DNA from: an uncultured Christensenellaceae bacterium | GTDB taxonomy: Bacteria > Bacillota > Clostridia > Christensenellales > UBA3700 | NCBI GenBank assembly: GCA_944383905.1 | Contig: CALWRI010000001.1 | Coordinates: forward strand, 23,766 to 87,765 | Direction of reading: 5' to 3' | Length of the DNA: 64,000 nucleotides | Position numbers and translations under genes: made by a program | The notes under the pieces: model-generated | Seen by the model: the letters and a program-made list of their open reading frames with translations, nothing else | Told to the model about the DNA's origin: nothing | The model's database searches: none | In this document: positions 1 to 7,707 of the stretch, piece by piece | Numbering within the stretch: position 1 is the stretch's first letter | How the letters are laid out: each line of letters begins with the position of its first letter

Positions 1-96
1 CCGGTGGTCTTTAATTATGCTTTCGAGTGGAATATATAAGTGCACTTCTCAATAAAATACAAGCTCGCATTTTGAAATTTTACAAACACGGACGCG

Positions 97-128
97 AAAA
101 ATATGTAAAGGACGGAATATATCCGTCC
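97..128 (-). terminator. Intrinsic terminator after the Cys-rich gene pair
   Basis: On the minus strand: GGACGG-auauauu-CCGUCC (110..128) followed by a U-rich tract, directly after the stop at 136. Confidence 0.6.
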
Positions 129-135
129 CGTTGTT

Positions 136-414
136 TCAGCAATCTTTTGCGCAGGTTATATCCGACTTTTCGGCGACAACGGATGCCTCGTATTTCATCG
201 GTATCCGCAGATTGAGTCTTTGGATCACAAGCAGTTTGCAACCGTCACCGCAATCAGTCGTTACGAGTGTTGGCTCACTTTTGCAACACATTTCAACGTC
301 GCCTATCCGTGCGTCAATGCGAACGGACAAAGGCGCGCTTACTTCTGCCTGCTCTTCAAACGATTTAACGCATACGGCAAGATCTTCACATCCGCATCCT
401 TTCATTTCCGCCAT
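136..414 (-). CDS. Small Cys-rich hypothetical protein (92 aa, 9 Cys), paralog of the upstream gene
   Basis: ORF start lies 1 nt after the stop of the 416..766 gene. Shares the CC doublet and the C-x-[LF]-x-[LV]-x-Q-x-[IL]-x-[VL]-x-[VI]-P-x-x-[FY]-x-A-S block with its neighbour. No signal peptide. Confidence 0.6.
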   Translation of the reverse strand: MAEMKGCGCEDLAVCVKSFEEQAEVSAPLSVRIDARIGDVEMCCKSEPTLVTTDCGDGCKLLVIQRLNLRIPMKYEASVVAEKSDITCAKDC

Positions 415-415
415 C

Positions 416-766
416 TCAAATCTTGTCCGTTGCGAGCGGATTTACGTCGACAGGCGCAATGTTGCATTCGGTGCATATATCGCTTGCCGAAGCGCCAAGG
501 CAGTCGACAAACGCCTCCCCGACAGTCGCGCTTGCGCCGAATTCCACAGGCACAGCAACGCAGATATTCTGTGAAAGCGTGAAAGAACAAGTGCCGTTCT
601 TCATGCCCGAACATATCTGTCTGCCGGGTACAACGACCGCTTCGCCGCAACATTTCGTCACGGTCGCTCCCGCGTTTACAAACGGGGTGACAGTTACGGG
701 CACGCAAACGGTTGCCGCCTGGTAGCCCGTGGTAGGGCAAGTCTGATTTTCCATGATTCCGTCCAT
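416..766 (-). CDS. Small Cys-rich hypothetical protein (116 aa, 10 Cys)
   Basis: RBS AAAGGAG lies upstream of the ATG. Repeated V-C-V-P-V-T-V-T-P-F / C-V-A-V-P-V-E-F-G-A beta-strand-like motifs. No signal peptide or TM segment. Confidence 0.6.
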   Translation of the reverse strand: MDGIMENQTCPTTGYQAATVCVPVTVTPFVNAGATVTKCCGEAVVVPGRQICSGMKNGTCSFTLSQNICVAVPVEFGASATVGEAFVDCLGASASDICTECNIAPVDVNPLATDKI

Positions 767-928
767 TGTATACTCCTTTGTCGCATTTGCGACGCCACAT
801 AATATGCTTTGAAGCGCCCGATGCGTTCCTTTTCCCGGACACGACTCAAGTTGTCAGCGCACGTCTACCGTTTTTCCGCGCTCTCTTTTATCGCCCTATC
901 CCGTTCGCATAAAAATGTGCAAAATGCT

Positions 929-957
929 TTGACAATGCGGCAGGTTTATGATAATAT
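929..957 (+). promoter_or_regulatory. Sigma-A type promoter for tRNA-Ser
   Basis: TTGACA (929..934), 17-nt spacer, TAATAT (952..957), about 35 nt upstream of the tRNA. Confidence 0.55.
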
Positions 958-994
958 AATCGTTGCAATCAACGCATACGGAGCTTCGACCAAT

Positions 995-1085
995 GGAGAA
1001 ATACCCAAGAGGTCGAAGGGGCTCCCCTGCTAAGGGAGTAGTACGGGATACCGTAGCGAGGGTTCAAATCCCTCTTTCTCCGCCA
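995..1085 (+). tRNA. tRNA-Ser (anticodon GCU), class II with long variable arm, encoded CCA
   Basis: Acceptor GGAGAAA/UUUCUCC. Anticodon stem CUCCC/GGGAG with loop CUGCUAA. Long variable arm. T arm GAGGG-UUCAAAU-CCCUC. 3' GCCA. Confidence 0.93.
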
Positions 1086-1107
1086 TCGCAAAGCTCGGCG
1101 TTTTGCA

Positions 1108-1140
1108 TAAAAAATGAGCGACTTTTCGTCGCTCTTTTTT
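1108..1140. terminator. Bidirectional intrinsic terminator (tRNA-Ser on plus, 1142..1711 gene on minus)
   Basis: GAGCGAC-uuuuc-GUCGCUC (1116..1134) flanked by an A-run upstream and TTTTTT downstream. Confidence 0.8.
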
Positions 1141-1141
1141 C

Positions 1142-1711
1142 TTATTCATTTTCGTCTTCGTTCCCCTGGGACGATCTCGCTTTGCGGGCTTCCCGGCGGC
1201 GCTCTTTGGCAAGCTCGCGCTCCTTTTCAAACTGCTTCATCATCAGATCCACCATATTGCAGGCGGTCTCTGCGGCGACCCCGTCAGAAAGGACGACTTC
1301 GGTCTCCTTGTGTCTGATTATCGACGACGTGCCGCTGCCGCGTCTGAAATCCTTGAGCAGATCGTTTTCAAGATTATACGAGGCGACCGCCGCGCCGTGG
1401 CGTATCCTGAATTTGACAATGGACTTGCCCGCAGTCTTGACGTTGAGGCTCATTTTGTTTTGTTTTTCGATCGCGTCGGGTTTGGACATCGCGTATGCCC
1501 TGACCTTTTCGAGATACTCGCGTTGTTCGTCCGAAAGTCCGTTGTAAGCATCTGAAAACGTCAGTTCGCCCGACGAGAACGTAACGCCTTCGGCTTCTCC
1601 CGCCGAAGCGGTCTTTATCTTCAGTTTGTTTGTGCCGATAAGCACCATTGCGACGATAATGAGCGCCGCGAGCACACATTCTATCACTATTCCCGCTATG
1701 AATCCTGCCAT
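1142..1711 (-). CDS. Hypothetical protein with N-terminal membrane anchor and charged C-terminal tail (189 aa)
   Basis: RBS GGGAGG. N-terminal hydrophobic helix (FIAGIVIECVLAALIIVAMVLIG). C-terminal Lys/Arg/Glu-rich tail. No recognised family. Confidence 0.6.
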   Translation of the reverse strand: MAGFIAGIVIECVLAALIIVAMVLIGTNKLKIKTASAGEAEGVTFSSGELTFSDAYNGLSDEQREYLEKVRAYAMSKPDAIEKQNKMSLNVKTAGKSIVKFRIRHGAAVASYNLENDLLKDFRRGSGTSSIIRHKETEVVLSDGVAAETACNMVDLMMKQFEKERELAKERRREARKARSSQGNEDENE

Positions 1712-1715
1712 GGTC

Positions 1716-2134
1716 TTAAGCCTCCCTCTTTTTTACTATCATGACGACGAGTCCCGCCGCAAGCGCCAGCACCACGACCGCGCCGACAACGACGCCGATT
1801 ATCCAGCCCGTATAATCCGTCGGAGTCACGACGAAGAAATCGGACAGCCCGTATGTGGAGAACACGAGGTAATCCCCGTCTCTTTCCGCATTCAGATCGG
1901 TGAGTTTGCCGTCGCTGTCGTAACCGTACACGCGCAGATTGTCATAATCGCGGTATTTTTCGTCCACGACTGTCTGACAGTGACCTTCCCTTGTGTCTGA
2001 ATTTGTTTTTCTCCGTCCGTAACGGATATGTTGACGGTCTGAAGTTTTGTGAAATCCTTGATCTTTGCGTCCTCTTTGGCGTCCATAATTACGAGGACGG
2101 CTGCGGGATCTATTCCGCCTTCTCCCGTATCCAC
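1716..2134 (-). pseudogene. Frameshifted, N-terminally truncated remnant of a C-terminally membrane-anchored protein
   Basis: Two overlapping ORFs in different frames (1892..2134 and 1716..1967) read as one continuous beta-rich domain plus a C-terminal TM anchor (IIGVVVGAVVVLALAAGLVVMIV-KKREA). Both start at GTG with no RBS and no signal peptide. The upstream frame is open but has no start. Confidence 0.4.
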
Positions 2135-2245
2135 GCTTGCATAAGCGTCTTGGAACGCTCTCGTTTTTATCGTGAAGGCGGTTGAAAAATCACGTTTTTT
2201 GAAAGTTATAATTTGAGATGCCTTTTATCCCCGCTTTTCTTTTTG

Positions 2246-2277
2246 CATAAAAAGCGGACAGCCCGCAGGCTGCCCGC
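2246..2277 (-). terminator. Intrinsic terminator after 2299..2697
   Basis: Minus strand: GCGGGCAGCC-ugcg-GGCUGUCCGC followed by UUUUUAU. Confidence 0.75.
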
Positions 2278-2298
2278 TGTTGTCTCTCCCTGACAGAA

Positions 2299-2697
2299 TC
2301 AGATCTTTCCTTCTTCTTTATTTTCTTCTTCCTTCTTCTCTTCCGCATGAGGAACGGCTTTTGCGTTCCCTCCGAAAAACGCTATCGCGCCGAAGACGAC
2401 GTACACCACTATCTTTGCAATATTGGTCAACTGCAACAAAATGCTGTAAACCTGATATCCTGCCGAAGTATAATAGTTGTCCGCCATACCGCCGAAATTG
2501 TTATACAGTGACAAAAACATCGAAATCGCGGTAAAAATGAGCGTTACGATGAACGCCTGCTTTGCAGTCTTTTTGAGTTCTTCGTCGTCCGATTTCACTA
2601 TGGTATAACCGCCGACCACGGCATACGCGATAAAACTGAGATATCCGCTTGCCCAGATGAGCAGAGCTTTCCATCTTCTCGACCAACCTTCTTTCAT
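2299..2697 (-). CDS. Small integral membrane protein (132 aa, about 4 TM), unknown function
   Basis: Strong RBS AAGGAGGAG. Four hydrophobic segments. Acidic/Lys-rich C-terminus. Confidence 0.65.
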   Translation of the reverse strand: MKEGWSRRWKALLIWASGYLSFIAYAVVGGYTIVKSDDEELKKTAKQAFIVTLIFTAISMFLSLYNNFGGMADNYYTSAGYQVYSILLQLTNIAKIVVYVVFGAIAFFGGNAKAVPHAEEKKEEENKEEGKI

Positions 2698-2828
2698 AAT
2701 TTCTCCTCCTTGTTTTGCATATTTTTGATATTATACGATCTTAAAACGACCCGTTTTTAGCCTTCACGGCGGTTTTTTGCCTGTCTTCAGCTCTCAACAG
2801 ATCCGTCCTTCGCGGATTATCTGTCTTC

Positions 2829-2857
2829 ATTATATCAACCGCGGGAATTTGTGTCAA
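2829..2857 (-). promoter_or_regulatory. Consensus sigma-A promoter with a roughly 125-nt leader for 2299..2697
   Basis: Minus strand: TTGACA (2857..2852), 17-nt spacer, TATAAT (2834..2829). Confidence 0.6.
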
Positions 2858-2911
2858 TACCGGATAAAATCCCTTTGTTTTGACATTATATGCAAAAAAC
2901 GAGGGCTGGCG

Positions 2912-3346
2912 TTAATCCTGACGCAGATTATCAAAGCCGCGCGCGGTCACCCTCTCCTCTTTTTCTATGCCGGCTATCTTTGCCAGAACGTCTTTGTCCG
3001 CCGGGCAAAAATCGTAATCTTTTATTTCGAAAGGGGTTATCCACTTTATATCGACGTGCTCGAGTCTGCGAGGAACGCCGCGCGTTATCCTTGCGCAAAA
3101 AACAGTAAGTCGCACTGTCAGATCGGGATATTCGTGGACGACGGACAAGAATACTTCTCCGACGTCGACTTCAACATCCAGCTCCTCCCTGCACTCTCTT
3201 TTGAGCGCCTGTTCCTTCGTCTCTCCCTTTTCCACTTTTCCGCCGACGAATTCCCAAAGCAAAGCCCTCTTCTTGCCGGGCGGACGACGGCATATCATAA
3301 ATTTTCCGTTTTCAAAAATAAGAGCCGCTACGACGTCAGTCATCAT
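2912..3346 (-). CDS. Nudix hydrolase (MutT-like)
   Basis: Nudix box GGKVEKGETKEQALKRECREELDV (GX5EX7REUXEEXGU pattern). Confidence 0.85.
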   Translation of the reverse strand: MMTDVVAALIFENGKFMICRRPPGKKRALLWEFVGGKVEKGETKEQALKRECREELDVEVDVGEVFLSVVHEYPDLTVRLTVFCARITRGVPRRLEHVDIKWITPFEIKDYDFCPADKDVLAKIAGIEKEERVTARGFDNLRQD

Positions 3347-3347
3347 A

Positions 3348-4034
3348 TCACCTTCCTTTAACGTAAAAACACTCGCAGGTATCCGCCGCCACGCAACCGA
3401 GAACGCCCGTGAGGCAGGTATCGAGATCGAGATGTATCTTGCAGTAATCTCTCACGTCGCGGCTGTTCTTTGGCGCGCCCTTGCGGGGATAGAACAATAT
3501 CTCGCTCTTTCCTCCCGTCAGGTACCAGGTCGGAGTGTGCCCGAAAAAAACGCACTTCCCGCCCTCGGGCAACACGTCCGGCTCCTTGAACGCGCGGTCG
3601 TATATCATTGTGTTGATCGAATTGCTTCCCGGAGAAGTCAGCTTTCCCGTCTCGACCGACAATCCAGCGTGAACGCAGATAAAATCGTCCGTCTCGATAT
3701 AATACGGCAGATCGTCAAGCTGTCCCACAGTATCCCAATCGAGAAGCTCTCCGTCGGCGAAAAACCCTTTCAGTTTGTCGAGAACGAGCTCGTAGTCGTC
3801 CGACTCTCGTATCAGGTTGTGATAAAAGTTGAGAAAGACGTGCTCGTGATTGCCGAGTACGACTCTGACGTTTGGCAGAGAAAACAACAGTTTGAGAAGC
3901 CGAATGCCGTCAGCGCCTTTGTCGACGATATCTCCCGCGACGTACAAGACGTCGGCGTCCGAAAAACTTATCTTATCCATAAGCCTGCAAAACAGGTCGT
4001 AATTGCCGTGGATATCCGATATGCAATATTCCAT
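3348..4034 (-). CDS. Metallophosphoesterase (PPP-family Ser/Thr phosphatase / ApaH-like)
   Basis: Motifs DIHGN, GDIVDKG and GNHE in the canonical order. Confidence 0.8.
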   Translation of the reverse strand: MEYCISDIHGNYDLFCRLMDKISFSDADVLYVAGDIVDKGADGIRLLKLLFSLPNVRVVLGNHEHVFLNFYHNLIRESDDYELVLDKLKGFFADGELLDWDTVGQLDDLPYYIETDDFICVHAGLSVETGKLTSPGSNSINTMIYDRAFKEPDVLPEGGKCVFFGHTPTWYLTGGKSEILFYPRKGAPKNSRDVRDYCKIHLDLDTCLTGVLGCVAADTCECFYVKGR

Positions 4035-4064
4035 AAGCCGTTTTCCCTTTCCGGATATACTCTC

Positions 4065-6413
4065 CTAATCGAGGAAAGTCCGCATCTTCTGAATTTCTTT
4101 TATCGGTCCGTAGTAACGCGACGGTATGCCGGCTCCCGAATCGAGAACGCCGCCGAGGAAGCGGAAGAACGCATATTTCTTAATGTTCGGACACTGATAT
4201 TTTGACACAGTTTTTATCACTTCTTCGCTATACGGTTTGCCTGTGTCGTACTCGCAGTCGTCGAGCACGATCTCCTTGTCCTTGCCGTCGTAGACGAAAG
4301 TCACGCGCACTTCCCCGTCCACGGTCTTCGCTTCGCCGCCGCTGACGACAGCTTTTTCCACGTCCCGGAACGCGAGCGTGATCTCTCTGCCCTTCGGAAG
4401 CAGCGAAAGGTCTCCGTGCGACGAAAGTCTGACGATGAGTCGCTTGTCCGATCTCCCGACAGAGATCGACGTCGTGCAGAACGCTCCCTTTTCGTAGTCG
4501 AGACTGTCGCCATCGTCCTCGTAGAGTTCGAACCCGCCGTCTCCCGCATAGATCCATATCTCGAGAGGTTTGTCGGGCGCGAGCGAATTGTTGAGCGCGT
4601 CCTTATAAAGCGGAATGACGCTTCCTTCTTTCGCGAACACGGGAAAATCCTCGACGTCGCGGTATATCTCGTAAGTACCTCCCGCGTACTTCCTGCCCGT
4701 GAAAATATCCGTATAAATCTCGTTCTCGGGCACCCACAGCGCCGTATGCGCGAGCTTTGTCTTCGGGTCCGTCCTGCGCGTTATCGGCGCGACGACGAGC
4801 TGCGTGCCGAACGCGTATTGGTTTTTCGCCTTGTACGCCTCTTTGCAATCGTAAGAATAGTACATCGGCTCGCAGAGCGCGCGTCCTTCGGTCGCCGTCA
4901 GTCTGTTCATCGAATAGAGATAGGGTATCAGTCTGTGCCTCAACCTGAGATAGTCGATCGCGGACCGCTCCGTCGCCTTGCTCGTATTCCACGGTTCCTT
5001 GCCCATAAATTCGTTGCTCGTCGAATGAAGCCTGTTGATCGGACTGAATACGCCAAGTTGCAGCCATCTGAGATAAAGCTCGTCGTCCTTGTACCCTCTG
5101 TGATGACCGCCTATGTCGTGGCTCCACCAGGTATATCCGACGTTGGTCGCACAAGCCGTCATGTACGGCTGGAAATCGAGCGTTCTCCACGTCATGGCGC
5201 TGTCGCCGCTGAAACCGAGCGGATACCTGTGGCTGCCTATACCCGCATAACGCGACAGTATCACCGCTCTCTTGCCCTCGTCGCGCATATCCAGCGTATG
5301 GTAATGATTGAGCGCCCAGAGAGGATCGAGCCCTTTGACGTCGCTGTTCCTGCCCTGTTGCCAGTCTATCCACCAGAAGCGCACGCCCTCGTGCTGATAG
5401 GGTCGGTGCAGCACGTCGAAGTATGCCTGAAGATATTTTTCGCTTTTAAGCGAGAACGGCACGGGGGCACGCGAAGCGGGATCGACGCCGCATATCCCGC
5501 AGACCTCTTTGTAGCGATCCTCGAAAAATCTGACTCCCTGCGCGGGGTGCAGATTGAGCGTGACCTTAAATCCGTTGACGTTGAGGTAGTCGAGCATCGC
5601 GCGGTAATCCGGGAAAAGCTCCGTGTTCCAGCTATAACCCGTCCACCCCGGCATGGACGCGTATACCACTCTGTCTATGGCGTTGTCCGTCGGCACCGCT
5701 TTCGCATCTTTGCCGAAGCGTCGGATAACGTCGACCCAATGCCAGTCCATATCTATCGTCGCGACGGTAACGGGTATCTTTTTGTCAATGAACTTGCGCA
5801 TAAGTCCGACGTATTCGTCCTGCGTATATGCCTTGTATCTGCTCCACCAGTTGCCCAGCACGAATCTGGGCAGGAGCGGAGTGAAGCCTGTAATCCGGTA
5901 AAGCGCGCGTATCGCCTCCCTGTAATCGTTGCCGAAAGCTAAATAATATTTGTCGCTGCACTTGCCTCTCTGCTCTATCTTGTCGTCTTTAAGCACGAGA
6001 GATCGCGAGTCGTCGAGCACCGCTACCCCGTTTTTCGACACGACGCTCTTGCCGAGCCTCGCCTTGCCGTCCGTCATATCGAGGGTACGGCGCGTGCCCG
6101 GCAAAACGCCTCTCGAAAAATTCCTGACGACCCTACCGTCTTTGAGCTTTATCGCCGTTATTTTCTTTGACGAAGCGTTGAAATAAAACTCCGCTTCGCG
6201 AGTTGCTATCACCGTGATCCTGCCTTGCTTTTTCACGTCGAACTTCACGGAAAGCGGCTTCCTGTACCAGACGCACTGCGTCGGAAGATCGCACGTTTCG
6301 CCCGTTTCGACTCTTATCAGTCTGTTCTCGAGGACGCTTATCCTCCAGCCGTCTCCGCACACGGTATATTCCCGTGGTACCGCCGCCTCCGTCTTAACGC
6401 AAAATCTCTTCAT
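4065..6413 (-). CDS. Glycoside hydrolase family 31 (alpha-glucosidase/alpha-xylosidase-like)
   Basis: GH31-type motifs WIDWQQG and WSHDIGGH. Start moved to the internal ATG at 6413, which is preceded by GGAAGG. The 45-codon upstream extension looks non-coding. Confidence 0.8.
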   Translation of the reverse strand: MKRFCVKTEAAVPREYTVCGDGWRISVLENRLIRVETGETCDLPTQCVWYRKPLSVKFDVKKQGRITVIATREAEFYFNASSKKITAIKLKDGRVVRNFSRGVLPGTRRTLDMTDGKARLGKSVVSKNGVAVLDDSRSLVLKDDKIEQRGKCSDKYYLAFGNDYREAIRALYRITGFTPLLPRFVLGNWWSRYKAYTQDEYVGLMRKFIDKKIPVTVATIDMDWHWVDVIRRFGKDAKAVPTDNAIDRVVYASMPGWTGYSWNTELFPDYRAMLDYLNVNGFKVTLNLHPAQGVRFFEDRYKEVCGICGVDPASRAPVPFSLKSEKYLQAYFDVLHRPYQHEGVRFWWIDWQQGRNSDVKGLDPLWALNHYHTLDMRDEGKRAVILSRYAGIGSHRYPLGFSGDSAMTWRTLDFQPYMTACATNVGYTWWSHDIGGHHRGYKDDELYLRWLQLGVFSPINRLHSTSNEFMGKEPWNTSKATERSAIDYLRLRHRLIPYLYSMNRLTATEGRALCEPMYYSYDCKEAYKAKNQYAFGTQLVVAPITRRTDPKTKLAHTALWVPENEIYTDIFTGRKYAGGTYEIYRDVEDFPVFAKEGSVIPLYKDALNNSLAPDKPLEIWIYAGDGGFELYEDDGDSLDYEKGAFCTTSISVGRSDKRLIVRLSSHGDLSLLPKGREITLAFRDVEKAVVSGGEAKTVDGEVRVTFVYDGKDKEIVLDDCEYDTGKPYSEEVIKTVSKYQCPNIKKYAFFRFLGGVLDSGAGIPSRYYGPIKEIQKMRTFLD

Positions 6414-6618
6414 ACTTAACCTTCCTCGTTTATCAAGTCGGGATGCTCCCCAAGTAATAATATAACCCGAACGGAATACATAATCAATATCTTTTGCGAA
6501 ATACCCGATTTTTAAGTCCGCAAACGACGCGGTGCGCGATGCGGTCAATGTCGCTGAAGCGCCCTCGGTATTGACAACCGCGCTTTTTCATAGTAATTTA
6601 TAGGTACGGGAGTCTTTT

Positions 6619-7536
6619 ATGACGATTGTTGACATGAAGTGCAGATCGTGCGCCGCGACGCTCAAAGCGTGCGACGGCTATATGGTCTGCGAATACTGCG
6701 GCTCTGTGTATTTCAGGCTGGAAAAAAGCTCGGTCCCCGAAGGCGTCGACGCGCTTTCTCTCGGCGAATTCATAAAAGCCGCAGACGAAAATCTCGAAAC
6801 GTATTGCATAAACCGCGCTCAAGGCACTATCTCGGACGCGGACGCCGACCTTGTCGGGAACAAACTCAAAGCCGCGGAAAGAGCGCTTGCAAACGCAGAA
6901 TTCTTCAAGGTGAAAGACTTTCTCAAAGGCGTTCCCGACGACCTGTTCGCCGCCGAAAGATTGAGGCTTCTCGCCGCGGTAAACGCGAAAAGCGAGACCG
7001 AACTCGCGATGTTTGCCGGCGATCTGTCCGCTTTCGACGACTACGCGAAACTGACCGCCTGTTGCGACGCGCAGACCAAAGACATATACGATACGATACG
7101 CAAAAAGTGCCTCGACAACGCAAAACTGCTCTCCGCAGTCGCGAAAGGCGACGAACTGATACGGATCGAGAATTACGCCGAGGCTCTCGACTATGCGAAA
7201 ACGCTGACGTCGCGTCACCCGTTTTCTTCCCGCGTCCGCGCGCTCCTGATAAAAGCGTCCTGTTTCGCCGTCGACGGCTACGACCCGACAGACGATCTGA
7301 AACGTCTCGAAGCCTGCCCCGACGCGGCGATCGCGTTGGCGGTGTCGGACAAGGACGTCTACGGCGTGCCGATAAATCTCGACCCGTCGGTCAGAGATTA
7401 TTGCCGCAAATTTTACTCCTCAAAGAGAAGAACGGGCGGATTTTTCGCAAAATACCTGCTCAAACCCCTGCTCGTACTGATAGCCGTCGGAGCGCTGATC
7501 GGGATATGGCAGCTCATATCTTATCTGTTCGGATAG
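6619..7536 (+). CDS. Zinc-ribbon protein with helical repeat region and C-terminal TM anchor (305 aa)
   Basis: N-terminal CxxC-x12-CxxC (CRSCAATLKACDGYMVCEYCG). Ala/Leu-rich helical middle. C-terminal hydrophobic helix LLKPLLVLIAVGALIGIWQLI. Confidence 0.65.
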   Translation: MTIVDMKCRSCAATLKACDGYMVCEYCGSVYFRLEKSSVPEGVDALSLGEFIKAADENLETYCINRAQGTISDADADLVGNKLKAAERALANAEFFKVKDFLKGVPDDLFAAERLRLLAAVNAKSETELAMFAGDLSAFDDYAKLTACCDAQTKDIYDTIRKKCLDNAKLLSAVAKGDELIRIENYAEALDYAKTLTSRHPFSSRVRALLIKASCFAVDGYDPTDDLKRLEACPDAAIALAVSDKDVYGVPINLDPSVRDYCRKFYSSKRRTGGFFAKYLLKPLLVLIAVGALIGIWQLISYLFG

Positions 7537-7571
7537 ACGTCTGACGACCCGCGGCACGCTCCGCCATTTCT

Positions 7572-7602
7572 CCTCGTCCTCGTCGGACGGGGGATTTTTT
7601 TT
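7572..7602 (+). terminator. Intrinsic terminator after 6619..7536
   Basis: CCUCGUCC-ucguc-GGACGGGG followed by a run of 8 U. Confidence 0.75.
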
Positions 7603-7654
7603 GCCGTTTTTGCTTGTCCCGCGCAGATATTACGTTTTGTTCGCATTCTCCCTC

Positions 7655-7683
7655 TTGCGAACATTTATTCGCAATGTTATAAT
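7655..7683 (+). promoter_or_regulatory. Sigma-A promoter of pcrA
   Basis: TTGCGA (7655..7660), 17-nt spacer, TATAAT (7678..7683), 25 nt upstream of the ATG. Confidence 0.65.
7658..7671. promoter_or_regulatory. Candidate LexA (Cheo-type) box within the pcrA promoter spacer
   Basis: CGAACATTTATTCG versus the Firmicutes consensus CGAAC-N4-GTTCG (one core mismatch). Part of a longer palindrome TTGCGAA-N7-TTCGCAA. Confidence 0.45.
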
Positions 7684-7707
7684 TGTTCTGACGAAAACGG
7701 AGGAATA

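Noticed and set aside
963-1547. 194-aa plus-strand ORF starting at TTG
   Set aside because: It reads through tRNA-Ser and its terminator and then runs antisense to the 1142..1711 gene. It is not coding.
2715-2735. Second TATAAT hexamer (gatcgTATAATatc, minus strand) close to the RBS of 2299..2697 as an alternative promoter
   Set aside because: No acceptable -35 or extended -10 element occurs at the right spacing. It is kept only as a caveat to the long-leader interpretation.
4416-5942. 508-aa ORF on the plus strand
   Set aside because: It lies entirely antisense to the well-supported GH31 gene. Its translation is Arg/Val/Glu-rich low-complexity sequence with no motifs, which is a typical shadow ORF of GC-rich coding DNA.
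6598-7218. 206-aa minus-strand ORF opposite the zinc-ribbon gene 6619..7536
   Set aside because: It is an antisense shadow ORF with no RBS and Arg/Phe/Val-rich composition. The plus-strand gene has a promoter, an RBS, a terminator and coherent domain architecture.
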